Shown here: piece after piece, positions 1-9,485 of the stretch
Position numbering within the stretch: position 1 is the first letter of the stretch
Layout: the number at the start of each line of letters is the position of its first letter
Assembly: GCA_963765495.1 (NCBI GenBank)
Contig: CAVXWP010000007.1
Coordinates: 32,001 to 96,000 of the forward strand
Length of the DNA: 64,000 nt
Direction of reading: 5' to 3'
Source of the DNA: Blastocatellia bacterium
Lineage (GTDB): Bacteria > Acidobacteriota > Blastocatellia > UBA7656
Translations under genes and position numbers: made by a program
Notes under the pieces: model-generated
Seen by the model: only the letters and a program-made list of their open reading frames with translations
The model's database searches: none
Told to the model about the DNA's origin: nothing

Positions 1-2070
1 ACGGATGCCGATGTTGACCGTGAGTTTCTGAGTGACCTTTATGTCATCCTGAGCAAAGAAGGTCGGCTCGAAGAAGCGGAAGCCCGGATCGATCGATTGC
101 ACGGTGGCAAAGGAAAATTCGGGCGCGCCTGTGATAAGACTGGCGATGGGCCAACCCTGCCGGAACCCATCGCCGTTTGATGTCTGGTTGCTGATGAAAT
201 TGAAATTGCCGCCAAGATCAAAGTGGTTGGAATCGTTCAACTGCTGCCATCTTGTCTCAGCGCCAAACTTGAACGTATGTTTCCCGCGTACCCACGTCAC
301 GAAATCGGTAAGCTGAACGGCGTTGTCGCCATCCTGATTATCGAAGAACGTAGACCCGCCCGGCTGATAAGCGCGCGGGTCGGGCGAGGTCACAGGGTCG
401 CCGACCAGGGGGAAACCTATGAGCGGAAGCGCAAGATTCTGCGTGGCGTTTGCCGGTAAACCTATCGTCGTCGGGCTTATGTTCCTTGTGAAATTTCGGT
501 TCTGTACGAAAGACCGCGTAAAGCCCGCGTTGAAGTGATTGAGCAGCGTGGGGCTGAAAGTGAAATCGTCTTGCAGGCGATAATATTGCGAGTGGAACAC
601 CTGTCTGAACGAACCTTGCTGAACCCACGGCTCAGGAAAACGCGGGAAAGCGCCCTGGATTTTTGTCTGGCTGCGGTAGGTGGAACTGAATGCGATCTGG
701 TGTCTATCCGAGATTACGAAATTGACCTTCTCGGCGTAGTAGTTGGTTCTGGTCGGTCTTCCGCTCGTCGCGAGGTAGTTGTGAAAGACGCCTTCGCTTG
801 TCGGCAGCGGAAAAAGCTGATTGATGATGTTAAACCCTACGGGGTCAATTACTGATTGACCCTGCGCGTTTTTGTAAAGGTCGAGGCGATTGCCGGGAAT
901 CGCGGGACGATTACAGCACGGCACGGTGTTGTCAAAGATTTGAACCGGCCCGCCGAAAAATCCGAGCACGTACGGATCGGTCAACAATTCAGAGAAATCA
1001 CCCGCGCGCATCTTAACCGTCGGGACGCTTACGGGTACTGTTTCGCTCTGATCGAGACGATAGCCACCGTAGTTGAAAAAGAAGAAAGCGCGGTCCTTGA
1101 AACTCTTTAGCTTCGGATGCCAACCGTCAAGGTAGGGCAGATAGATGGGACCGCCTACGCTGAATCCGTAATCGTGCTGGCGGTCAAGCGATTTCTCAAT
1201 CCCTGTCAGCCGATTGAGGTCGTTGTTGGCGTTCAATGCTTCATTGCGGAGAAACTCGTATGCTTCGCCGTGAAAATCATTGCCGCCCGATTTGATCGTA
1301 AAGTTGACCACGCCACCCGATGAGTTGCCAAATTCGGCCGAATACTGCGCGGTGCTCACGGTGAACTCCTGAAAGGCGTTCGGGCCGGGCGCAACTTCGG
1401 TAAAGAAGGTGCCGTTTTCGGCGCGCTTTGTCCCCGCGCCGTCGATCAGAATCTCGGTTCCCAGCCCCTGACCGCCGTTGACCCTGAAATTGAACCCCAG
1501 CGTGCCGTTTGCTCGCGCCGCCTCGTTTTGGGTGTCTACGCTGCCGCCGCCCGAGACTATACTGCTGTCAAGAAATATGAATGACAGAGGCGAGCGCCCG
1601 GCAGTTTCTCCGCCGATTTGCAGAGGCAGTTCTCTGATCTGCCTCTCGCTGACATTGGTCTGCTGAACGGGGCTTTCGGTTTGCAGCACCGGAACGCTGT
1701 CAGCCGAAACCGTCACCGATTCGCCGACTCCGCCTACTTCGAGCCGCGCGTCCACCGTGCGAGTAATCTGCACGGCTACCTTGACATCGTCAAAGGTCGC
1801 GGTTTTGAAACCGTCAAGCTCTATCGTCAGCCGATAAGTCGCGGCCTTTAACTGTGGAAGGGTGAAGGTTCCCTCGCTTGAAGTGACGGTTTCGCGTACA
1901 TCGTTATTCTCGACGTTTGTGGCTGTTACCTTCGCGCCCGCAACAACGGCCCCGCTCGGGTCTGTGACCCTGCCGGTGATCCCGCCCCGGTCGCTTTGCG
2001 CGTAGGCGGGAAAAGCCGACGCAAACAAAATGGCAAACACTGTGACGATACTCAGCCTGCGCAATCTCAT
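1..2070 (-). CDS. TonB-dependent receptor with N-terminal carboxypeptidase-regulatory-like domain (acidobacterial type), running off the window start
   Basis: Not in the ORF track because it is open-ended. Manual translation from ATG 2070 (GGAGG at 2076-2080) gives MRLRRLSIVTVFAILFASAFPAYAQ|SDRGGITGRVTDPSGAVVAGAKVTATNVENN...: a signal peptide plus the typical G.ITG.V.DPSGAVV.GA.V motif. Confidence 0.88.
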   Translation of the reverse strand, partial: MRLRRLSIVTVFAILFASAFPAYAQSDRGGITGRVTDPSGAVVAGAKVTATNVENNDVRETVTSSEGTFTLPQLKAATYRLTIELDGFKTATFDDVKVAVQITRTVDARLEVGGVGESVTVSADSVPVLQTESPVQQTNVSERQIRELPLQIGGETAGRSPLSFIFLDSSIVSGGGSVDTQNEAARANGTLGFNFRVNGGQGLGTEILIDGAGTKRAENGTFFTEVAPGPNAFQEFTVSTAQYSAEFGNSSGGVVNFTIKSGGNDFHGEAYEFLRNEALNANNDLNRLTGIEKSLDRQHDYGFSVGGPIYLPYLDGWHPKLKSFKDRAFFFFNYGGYRLDQSETVPVSVPTVKMRAGDFSELLTDPYVLGFFGGPVQIFDNTVPCCNRPAIPGNRLDLYKNAQGQSVIDPVGFNIINQLFPLPTSEGVFHNYLATSGRPTRTNYYAEKVNFVISDRHQIAFSSTYRSQTKIQGAFPRFPEPWVQQGSFRQVFHSQYYRLQDDFTFSPTLLNHFNAGFTRSFVQNRNFTRNISPTTIGLPANATQNLALPLIGFPLVGDPVTSPDPRAYQPGGSTFFDNQDGDNAVQLTDFVTWVRGKHTFKFGAETRWQQLNDSNHFDLGGNFNFISNQTSNGDGFRQGWPIASLITGAPEFSFATVQSIDPGFRFFEPTFFAQDDIKVTQKLTVNIGIR

Positions 2071-2203
2071 TGGTGCCTCCTGAAAGCTCAACAAACCCGC
2101 TGCCGGTCTGTTTTCATAAGAAACGCTTAATCGCCGGATGGTAAAGTCGCCCTGCGCGACAAAACCTGTAAGATCCGTCTCGACCCTGAAAAGCTCTCAA
2201 AGA

Positions 2204-2310
2204 TGCTTGGATCGTGTGATCTGCTTGAATGTCGATAGATTAATCGGTGCGGATGCTTATTTACACCACAAATGAACACGATGTCAAGACAAAAAATCAC
2301 GATTCGAGCA
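2204..2310 (-). promoter_or_regulatory. Putative sigma70 promoter of the TonB gene flanked by candidate operator repeats
   Basis: Minus-strand TTGACA (2282-2287) with GTAAAT/TAAATA 17-18 nt downstream. TGCTTGGATCGTG (2204-2216) and inverted TGCTCGAATCGTG (2298-2310) bracket it. Confidence 0.45.
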
Positions 2311-2336
2311 TCAGCCCCGTACAGAAGGGGTATATT

Positions 2337-2414
2337 TTTGACAGGATTAGCAAGATTTTTAAGGATTAGAAGTGAATCTTGTAAATTCAATCTAATCCTG
2401 TTAATCCCGTCAAA
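2337..2414. repeat. Intergenic palindrome of ACAGGATT-type 9-mer units
   Basis: TTTGACAGGATTAG...CTAATCCTGTTAATCCCGTCAAA. Related copies at 28516-28597 and 63255-63335. Confidence 0.75.
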
Positions 2415-2472
2415 GTCTTTTCCTTCGTCGCTAATCATTGAAGAGAGCCGAGAGTCGTGTTATTGATTGACG

Positions 2473-3486
2473 ATGATTCTGTCGCGTCGTGTCTGGTCTG
2501 TTTTTGCGGTTGTCGCTTTGATCGTAACGGGCAATCCGGTATACGGGCAGAGAGAGGTTTCGCCCGGGGGCGATGAACTTCAGGGGGACATCCGCTATGT
2601 CCACGATCCAAGTATCATTAAAGAGGGCAATACCTTTTATCTCTTCTCGACAAGGGGGGGCATTAGCGTACGCTGCTCAGAAGACCTGATCAGGTGGAGG
2701 TTGTGCGGGGATGTTTTCGGGCATCTCCCGCTATGGGCCGTACAGGATGTGCCGGGGCTGAGGGGGTTATGGGCACCCGATATTTCCTATTTCAACGGCA
2801 GGTATCATCTTTATTATTCGGCGTCCACATTTGGGAGCAATCGTTCGAGCATAGGTCTGGCAACAAATCAGACGCTCGACCCGCTGGGCGATAAGTACAG
2901 ATGGGAAGATCAGGGAAAGGTGATCAGTTCTTATCCTTCCGATGATTGGAACGCCATCGATCCTAACATCATTCTGGATGAGAAGGGGCAGCCGTGGTTG
3001 TCGTTTGGCAGTTTCTGGGGAGGGATAAAACTTCGCAAAATTGATCAGCCGACGGGCAAGCTCGACCTAACGGATCAGACTCTCTATTCGCTTGCCGCTC
3101 GTCCCCGAGGCCCGGACCTGCCGGGAGCGGTTGAGGCTCCGTTTATCATCCGAAAAAACGGCTATTATTACCTCTTCGTCTCTTTTGATTTTTGCTGTCG
3201 GGGCGTGATGAGCACATACAACATCCGGGTAGGGCGTTCGCGGCGCGTCACCGGCCCCTACACGGACCGCGCCGGAAAAGACATGCGCGAGGGAGGCGGG
3301 ACACTCATAGTGGAAAGTCAGGGGCGATGGCACGGACCCGGACACTGTGCGATTCTTTCGGACAAAGATGGAGAGAAGATCGTCTATCACGCCTATGATG
3401 CGGAGATGCGCGGCCTCGCGACTTTAAGGATCAGCCCGCTTGTCTGGGATGCCGAAGGATGGCCCGCGCCGGGAGAGCACAGATAA
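2473..3486 (+). CDS. GH43 arabinan endo-1,5-alpha-L-arabinosidase-like glycoside hydrolase, secreted
   Basis: Signal peptide; VHDPSIIK, LWAPDI, NAIDPNI and VEAPFII motifs carrying the GH43 catalytic D/D/E; SFGSFWGGIK. Confidence 0.92.
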   Translation: MILSRRVWSVFAVVALIVTGNPVYGQREVSPGGDELQGDIRYVHDPSIIKEGNTFYLFSTRGGISVRCSEDLIRWRLCGDVFGHLPLWAVQDVPGLRGLWAPDISYFNGRYHLYYSASTFGSNRSSIGLATNQTLDPLGDKYRWEDQGKVISSYPSDDWNAIDPNIILDEKGQPWLSFGSFWGGIKLRKIDQPTGKLDLTDQTLYSLAARPRGPDLPGAVEAPFIIRKNGYYYLFVSFDFCCRGVMSTYNIRVGRSRRVTGPYTDRAGKDMREGGGTLIVESQGRWHGPGHCAILSDKDGEKIVYHAYDAEMRGLATLRISPLVWDAEGWPAPGEHR

Positions 3487-3514
3487 AATTCGAATAGATT
3501 TTGAGGGCAGTCGG

Positions 3515-4306
3515 TTAAGCCCTGCGGACCTCGATGCCCCTGTCGATAAAAGGAGCGATGTCTTCGTCTCTGGCTCCTTTGTCTGTGATCAGGAGGTTTA
3601 TGTTTTCAATAGGCCAGATCAAAGCCGTGCCTACGGCTCCGATTTTTCTATGATCGGCCACGACGATTCTTTGCCGCGCCTGCTGCATCATGGCGCGATG
3701 GACCGAAGCCTGATCGGGATAGTTGGTCGTCAATCCGTGTTCTATGTGGATGCCGTCTACGCCGATAAAGACCTTATCAACAAACATCTCGCGGGCGCTC
3801 TGAATGGCCGAAGGACCGACAAGCGCAAACCAGTCGCCGCTCAACTGACCGCCTGTGACAAACAGTTTCAGGTCGTCGCGGTGAGAGAGTTCCATCGCTA
3901 CGTTCACGGCGTTTGTCATAACGGTGATTCCCTTGTGGAGGCATACGCTGCGGGCAACCTGCGTGGCGGTCGTGCCCGCGCCGATTGCTATGATTTCACC
4001 ATCGGCGACAAGTTCTGCGGCGAGCAGACCGATGCGGCGTTTTTCGGCGGCCTGTTTTCTGTCCTGTTCGTGATATGACGAGATATTGCGAAACGGCTCG
4101 TAGAGTAATGGCTGGATGGGAACCGCGCCGCCGTGGCTCCGCAGTAGGAGTCCGCGTTGTTCGAGTTCGATGAGGTCGCGGCGGATCGTCGCTTCCGATA
4201 CCTTCAATCGTTTTGCCAGGAAGGATACGGAAACCTTTTCGGCTCTCAAGAGTTCCTGCAAAATCAATTGTGCGCGTTGCTCTCCGGCGGAAAGTTCGTT
4301 GGCCAT
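3515..4306 (-). CDS. DeoR/GlpR (AgaR-like) transcriptional regulator
   Basis: N-terminal HTH VSEATIRRDL..LE..GLL.RSHGGA; sensor domain GAGTT, TNAVN, DHRK. Confidence 0.95.
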   Translation of the reverse strand: MANELSAGEQRAQLILQELLRAEKVSVSFLAKRLKVSEATIRRDLIELEQRGLLLRSHGGAVPIQPLLYEPFRNISSYHEQDRKQAAEKRRIGLLAAELVADGEIIAIGAGTTATQVARSVCLHKGITVMTNAVNVAMELSHRDDLKLFVTGGQLSGDWFALVGPSAIQSAREMFVDKVFIGVDGIHIEHGLTTNYPDQASVHRAMMQQARQRIVVADHRKIGAVGTALIWPIENINLLITDKGARDEDIAPFIDRGIEVRRA

Positions 4307-4362
4307 ATGATCTCTTTTCCCGCACTCCCTCCTTAACTCTGATTATCACATCAATCTGCCGC

Positions 4363-5961
4363 TCAGTTTTGAGGAGGATCAATAAGCTTAAGGATAACAC
4401 TTTCCTGATTGCGTTGTTCGCCTCGCAACTGGTCGGCGAGGTCGAACATTTTCTTTGCGGCTTCCTTGTCGCCGAACTTCGCGTAAACAAGCCCGAGTTG
4501 ATAGGCCGCGCGAAGGTCTTTTGGATTCAGTTCCAAAGCGTGCTCAAGCGTCTTGCGCGCCGCCTCGTAATCGCCCTGATCGCGGTAGGCGGCTCCGAGC
4601 GCGGAGTTCGCCGCCGCGTGTTCGGGAATCGCGTGAACGACTCGCTGTAACGTCTCTATGGCGGCTCTGCGGTCTCCCTCTTCATATAAGATCAGGCCGA
4701 GCAGATACTCGGCATCCGGGTCAGGGTTGAGTTTAAGGCTGCGCCCTACGGCGCTTCGAGCCTCGGTCATCTGTTTGAGGCCGTGCAGCGCCGCGCCCAG
4801 CAGGTAGAAACCTGCCGCGTCCTGCGGGCGCAACCCGACGTATCTTTTCATCAATCGCGCCGCTTCCTCTATATCGCCCTTTCTCAGGTGCGCCGCCGCC
4901 AACGCATAAATATAGGCGGGCTCATTTGGATACAGCCGGTCGAGTTGCTCGAAGGCGGAAACCGCGTCGATAAGCAATTCCATTTCGAGGGCGGTTCGGC
5001 CAAAGTCATAAAGCACGCCGGGAGAATCGGGCGCGAGTCGGCGCGCTTCAACCAGATGCGAGAGCGCCTTCTCAGGGTTTTTATTTGCGCGAGCCACCTG
5101 CGCAAGCGCCCGAAGTGTACCGACATCACCGGGGCGGGCCTCTAACGCGCTCGAAAGATGTCTGTCGGCCGCATCATATCGTTTTGCCGATGCTTCGATC
5201 ACCCCGAGCGCATAGAGCACGGGAAACGATGAAGAATTACCCTTCTGAGTCTCTTCAAGCAGGTCGAGCGCCTCATTGCTCAACCCTCCCCCGGCGAGCA
5301 GCATCGCAAATTCCGCCTGCTCTTTTGCACCGCGAATGTCGGATGCTTTGAAATCGCGCACGACCTCGCGCGCCTCTTCAGGCCGGTTGAGCGCAAGCAG
5401 AGATTTGAGTTTTAACTGGAAATAATCCGGGCTTGCCTCGGAGCGCGGGATGAGTCGCAGGTGTTCCAGCGCGCGTTCGTATTCATGGCGCGCCTCGTAA
5501 ATCGTGGCGAGGTCCAGATTGATGTCGGAGCGTTCGGGCGCGAGTTTGTGCGCGGCGAGCAGGATTTCCAGCGCCTGGCGCGGGCGATTTGTAGCGAGAA
5601 ACAATTCGCCGAGATTTACATGCGCTCCGATATGAGTCGGGGAAGAGGCCATCGCCCGCCTGAACAATTGCTCGGCTTCCTTTTCGCGTTGTTGCCGGGC
5701 ACGCACTACGCCGAGCAAGTTGAGCGCATTCGCATTCCGAGGCGAATCGGCAAGCACAGAGCCAAGCAGGGTTTCCGCCTCGGGCAGGTGGCCTTCGCGG
5801 ATCAATTCGACGGCCTGTTCCAGACGCGGCAGTACATCTGGAGACTGGCGCGCAGTGTGAGCCTGAACAGAGAAGGTTAAACAGAGCGTTGCGATGGTTG
5901 CTATCGCGCGCCCGGCAATTTCAAAGCGGCTTATCGTCCTGATGAGATATGGAATGCCCAT
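4363..5961 (-). CDS. Tetratricopeptide-repeat protein, probably exported
   Basis: Many 34-aa TPR units (ALNLLGVV, AHVNLGEL, AAYQLGLVY) after a hydrophobic N-terminal segment. Confidence 0.9.
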   Translation of the reverse strand: MGIPYLIRTISRFEIAGRAIATIATLCLTFSVQAHTARQSPDVLPRLEQAVELIREGHLPEAETLLGSVLADSPRNANALNLLGVVRARQQREKEAEQLFRRAMASSPTHIGAHVNLGELFLATNRPRQALEILLAAHKLAPERSDINLDLATIYEARHEYERALEHLRLIPRSEASPDYFQLKLKSLLALNRPEEAREVVRDFKASDIRGAKEQAEFAMLLAGGGLSNEALDLLEETQKGNSSSFPVLYALGVIEASAKRYDAADRHLSSALEARPGDVGTLRALAQVARANKNPEKALSHLVEARRLAPDSPGVLYDFGRTALEMELLIDAVSAFEQLDRLYPNEPAYIYALAAAHLRKGDIEEAARLMKRYVGLRPQDAAGFYLLGAALHGLKQMTEARSAVGRSLKLNPDPDAEYLLGLILYEEGDRRAAIETLQRVVHAIPEHAAANSALGAAYRDQGDYEAARKTLEHALELNPKDLRAAYQLGLVYAKFGDKEAAKKMFDLADQLRGEQRNQESVILKLIDPPQN

Positions 5962-6057
5962 CTTTCAGTCAATCGCTTCGCCACGACAGGCGGTTGCGGT
6001 AAGAATCGGCCCCGCCTTTGCCTTACCCCATTCGTGGTTTCGAGGCCCGATTCGCCC

Positions 6058-6297
6058 TCAATTCCGGGCTCTTTTTTTACTCTCCGACCAGGTGGCTTTA
6101 TAGCTGAGAAGTTCTCCGGGCTGGCAATTCAGCGCCTCACATATCTTGGCCAGAGTGTCAAAGCGAATGCTTGCCACCACTCCCCGATCCAGACGGCGCA
6201 AGGTCGAATAAGGAACCTTTGCCTCCTGTACAAGCCAGTAAAATGTCTGACCACGCCGTTCTAAAACCTCTGCCAGTTTTACCTCTATCAATCCCAT
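6058..6297 (-). CDS. Small XRE/Cro-C1 helix-turn-helix regulator
   Basis: MGLIEVKLAEVLERRGQTFYWL...IRFDTLAKICEALNCQPGELL is the typical HTH_26-like signature. Start moved to ATG 6297. Confidence 0.88.
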   Translation of the reverse strand: MGLIEVKLAEVLERRGQTFYWLVQEAKVPYSTLRRLDRGVVASIRFDTLAKICEALNCQPGELLSYKATWSESKKRARN

Positions 6298-6450
6298 AAT
6301 GCACCTTCCTGCCGGATTTCGTGTTTGAATCCGAGAGCCTGCTTCTTGATGTTGAATGTTCCGTCTGATGAATAGATGATTACAGCCCTGTGCGATCATA
6401 GCAACAGGAGACAGGAGAGAGCAACCAGTCCCCCGGTCGGATCAAATTTG

Positions 6451-6512
6451 TCTCAGAGACACAAATGCACAGAGAGTTTTTTGCAATCTCTTCTCTGTGT
6501 CTCTGTGACTCA
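6451..6512. repeat. Intergenic palindrome of CACAGAG-type units
   Basis: CAGAGACACAAATGCACAGAGAG...CTCTTCTCTGTGTCTCTGTG. Confidence 0.55.
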
Positions 6513-7000
6513 GCGGCTAATCTGATATCTTACCGCCAAGGTTAAGGCTTGCGCCGCTCACAGACCATTTGATAATATTGCAACTTGAGATTTGAAAGAG
6601 TGGGCCTGCGATTCATATTCATAAGGGCCTGCCGATCGTTATTTTGCGCCAGCTCCGGAAGACCCATGGCTGTCGTATCAGATAGACCGGGCGCTTTGCT
6701 CGAATGTCCGTCTGAGAATGCCGAGGGCGCTGACGTAAGATCCGACCAGTCGAGGAAGTTTCTAATAACAGTTGCCTACCAGTTTAAGGGTGGCACATGC
6801 TTGACGGCTCTCGTGAGCCGGGCGAGTCTATTGGCAATTACAGTCGGTATCGCAAGCGCGACCACGCCGCCAGAGTATTTGCATCGGTCTTGTGACCGAT
6901 CCGAGTCGGCTGATATTGAGAGTCGGCTGATGTTGAGACGTGGTTCCAGCTAAATTATTCATTGACGTATCCGGGTCGGGCCGGTACAGGAGGAGAAAAG

Positions 7001-7558
7001 ATTAGCAGCTATAAAGGGAGAAGGGGGTTTCGAGACAGGCGAGATCGTGGGCCATCGGTTCGAGTCAACGAGCGCATAAGAGCACGCGAGATTCGCGTGA
7101 TTGATGAGGACGGCTCGCAGCTGGGCATAATGTCGCCGCAGCAGGCGCTTGAAACAGCGCGCAGCAAGGGACTCGATCTGGTAGAAGTAGCGGCCCAGGC
7201 ACAGCCGCCCGTTTGCCGCATCATCAATTTCGGCAAATGGCAGTATGAGCAAAAAAAGAAGGCCAAGGAAGCCAAAGCCAAGCAGACCTATATCACGGTC
7301 AAAGAGATCAAATTCAGACCCGGCACAGACGAACACGATTATATGTTCAAGAAGAATCACGCCGAGCGCATCTTGCAGGAAGGCGACAAGGTCAAAGGCA
7401 CGGTCCATTTTCGCGGACGCGAGATAACACACAAAGACCTTGGAATAGCTTTGCTCAAGCGTCTGGAAGAGGATCTGGCCGAGGCAGGCACGGTCGAGGT
7501 GAGGCCAAAACTCGAAGGGATGAACATGTTTATCATCCTGGCCCCCAAGAAGAAATAA
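7001..7558 (+). CDS. infC: Translation initiation factor IF-3 (ATT start)
   Basis: [18 protein letters not shown]...KEIKFRP...GDKVK..FRGRE. AGGAGG precedes an in-frame ATT at 7001. Confidence 0.97.
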   Translation: MSSYKGRRGFRDRRDRGPSVRVNERIRAREIRVIDEDGSQLGIMSPQQALETARSKGLDLVEVAAQAQPPVCRIINFGKWQYEQKKKAKEAKAKQTYITVKEIKFRPGTDEHDYMFKKNHAERILQEGDKVKGTVHFRGREITHKDLGIALLKRLEEDLAEAGTVEVRPKLEGMNMFIILAPKKK

Positions 7559-7580
7559 TCTTTTAGAAGCAGGAGGAATA

Positions 7581-7787
7581 ATGCCAAAACTGAAGACGCA
7601 CAAGGGAGCAGCAAAACGGTTTCGCATAACGGCTACAGGCAAGATCAAGCGAGGGCATTCACATGCCCGCCACATTCTGACCAAGAAAACCGCCAAGCGG
7701 AAACGTATGCTCGACATCGATGTTCTGGTGGCGGAAGCGGATGTGCCACTGGTAAAGAGAATGCTTCCCTACGGCCGCCGAGATTAA
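7581..7787 (+). CDS. rpmI: 50S ribosomal protein L35
   Basis: [24 protein letters not shown]; position in the operon. Confidence 0.98.
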   Translation: MPKLKTHKGAAKRFRITATGKIKRGHSHARHILTKKTAKRKRMLDIDVLVAEADVPLVKRMLPYGRRD

Positions 7788-7871
7788 TTCTGTAGAGATA
7801 TAGTTTATTGGGATGTCACGGCGCGCAAACATGTAGGGCCGAAAACTTTATGACATCCGTCAGGAGGAATC

Positions 7872-8255
7872 ATGCCTCGAGCTAAACGTGGAAACAAACG
7901 TCTACATAAGAGGAAAGGTATTTTAAAGCTGGCCCGTGGCTATCGCGGGACCAAGAGCAAGCTCTACCGTCATGCCAAAGAGCAGGTTGAGCGATCACTG
8001 AATTTCGCCTTTACCGGGCGCAAACTGAAGAAGCGGGATTTTCGCTCGTTGTGGATAGTTCGCATAGGCGCGGCAGCGCGCGAAAACGGAATGAGCTATA
8101 GCCAGTTCATGTACGGGTTGAAGCTTGCCGGCATCAATCTTGATCGCAAGGTCCTTGCCGACCTCGCCGTCAACGAACCGGCCACCTTCACCGAAATCAC
8201 AGGCAAAGCCAAAGAGGCTATCGAATCCAATCAATCGGCGGCTCCCGCTGCCTGA
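7872..8255 (+). CDS. rplT: 50S ribosomal protein L20
   Basis: MPRAKRG...ARGYRG...[18 protein letters not shown]...[11 protein letters not shown]. Confidence 0.98.
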   Translation: MPRAKRGNKRLHKRKGILKLARGYRGTKSKLYRHAKEQVERSLNFAFTGRKLKKRDFRSLWIVRIGAAARENGMSYSQFMYGLKLAGINLDRKVLADLAVNEPATFTEITGKAKEAIESNQSAAPAA

Positions 8256-8286
8256 AAGTGGCCGTAAATCGGCAAAACGGAGCAAG

Positions 8287-8318
8287 AGAGGCGTAGCCCC
8301 TGCTACGCCTCTACTTTT
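8287..8318 (+). terminator. Intrinsic terminator-like hairpin after rplT
   Basis: AGAGGCGTAGC-CCCT-GCTACGCCTCT perfect 11-bp stem followed by ACTTTT. Confidence 0.7.
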
Positions 8319-8341
8319 GCTACACCTCTATTTTTGCGCGT

Positions 8342-9367
8342 ATGGATGAGAATCTTAATAAGCTTAGAACAGAGTTTTTCGACGACCTGAGCGTGGTCTC
8401 AAACGCCGAGGGTCTCACAGCCCTTCGCGATAAGTATCTGGGTCGAAAGTCGGGGCTGATCGCCGCTGAAAAGAAGCGCATTGGGGCGCTTCCGCCCGAT
8501 GCGCGCGCCGCCTTTGGCCATCGCGTAAATGAGCTTGGCGCTGAGGTCGAAGCGGAAATCCTTCGGCTCAGTGAGCGGTTCGCCGCCGAAGCAGAAGCCG
8601 AAACCCTAGGGCGCGAGCAGATAGATGTGACACTGCCCGGAACCCGTCCGCGCCAGGGACATCTGCATCCGATCACGCTCGTTCGCCAGCGGATCGAAGA
8701 TGTCTTTGTTTCAATGGGCTATTCGGTCGAAGACGGCCCGGAAATCGAGACGAGTTTTTACAACTTTGACGCGCTCAATATTCCGCCCGGACACCCGGCG
8801 CGGGATTCCGCCGATACGTTTTACGTCTCGACCGATCTGGCCTTGAGATCACAGACCTCAAACGTCCAGATACACGCCATGCAGCAGCTAAAGCCGCCGC
8901 TTCGCGTAATAGCTCCGGGCCGCGTATTTCGCCGCGACACGCCCGACCCCACGCATAACCCTATGTTCTTTCAGGTAGAGGGGCTGAACGTGGACCGCCA
9001 TATTACGCTGGCCGATTTGAAAGGCACTATCCAGAAGTTTGTCGAGATGATGTTCGGGGCAAATCTTCGCACGCGTTTCCGGCCTTCCTACTTCCCGTTT
9101 GTAGAGCCCGGCGCGGAAGTGGATTTCAGTTGCTTTGTCTGCGGGGGGCTGGGTTGCCGCGTATGCAAGGGATCGGGCTGGATAGAGCTTGGCGGAAGCG
9201 GCATGGTGCATCCAAACGTGCTCGAAGCCGTGGGGATTGACCCGGAAGAGTTCTCAGGCTTCGCATTCGGGCTTGGCATAGACCGCATGGCCGCGCTTAT
9301 GTATAACATTGACGACATCCGGCTGCTTTATGAGAATGATGTCCGATTCCTCGAGCAGTTCGCCTGA
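8342..9367 (+). CDS. pheS: Phenylalanine-tRNA ligase alpha subunit
   Basis: [51 protein letters not shown]. Confidence 0.98.
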   Translation: MDENLNKLRTEFFDDLSVVSNAEGLTALRDKYLGRKSGLIAAEKKRIGALPPDARAAFGHRVNELGAEVEAEILRLSERFAAEAEAETLGREQIDVTLPGTRPRQGHLHPITLVRQRIEDVFVSMGYSVEDGPEIETSFYNFDALNIPPGHPARDSADTFYVSTDLALRSQTSNVQIHAMQQLKPPLRVIAPGRVFRRDTPDPTHNPMFFQVEGLNVDRHITLADLKGTIQKFVEMMFGANLRTRFRPSYFPFVEPGAEVDFSCFVCGGLGCRVCKGSGWIELGGSGMVHPNVLEAVGIDPEEFSGFAFGLGIDRMAALMYNIDDIRLLYENDVRFLEQFA

Positions 9368-9471
9368 TGCGAAACGTGACGCGTGATGCGTGATGAGTGA
9401 TTTTCTGGTTGTTGAAAGTTCACCAGCCACTTGCTCGCCTCCCGGATCACGCATCACAGATCACGCATCAC
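9365..9471. repeat. (GTGATGC)n...(GCATCAC)n heptamer palindrome with conserved core
   Basis: Arms of GTGATGC and GCATCAC units around TTTTCTGGTTGTTGAA..ACCAGCCACTTGCTC. The same core recurs at 17415-17538. Confidence 0.85.
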
Positions 9472-9485
9472 TTCTGATTTAACCG

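Noticed and set aside
535-1851. Series of plus-strand ORFs at the window start
   Set aside because: They are antisense to the open-ended TonB receptor frame.
6058-6297. Lone XRE regulator as a prophage or toxin-antitoxin remnant
   Set aside because: No phage, toxin or recombinase genes are adjacent.
6655-6730. Minus-strand GCAAAGC...GGTCTA...TACGACAGCC resembling the 3' half of a c-di-GMP-I riboswitch
   Set aside because: The 5' GGCAAA and GNRA-capped stem are missing, so it is probably coincidental. A cmscan would settle it.
8256-8341. pheM-type attenuator before pheS
   Set aside because: A hairpin is present, but there is no Phe-rich leader peptide or T-box.
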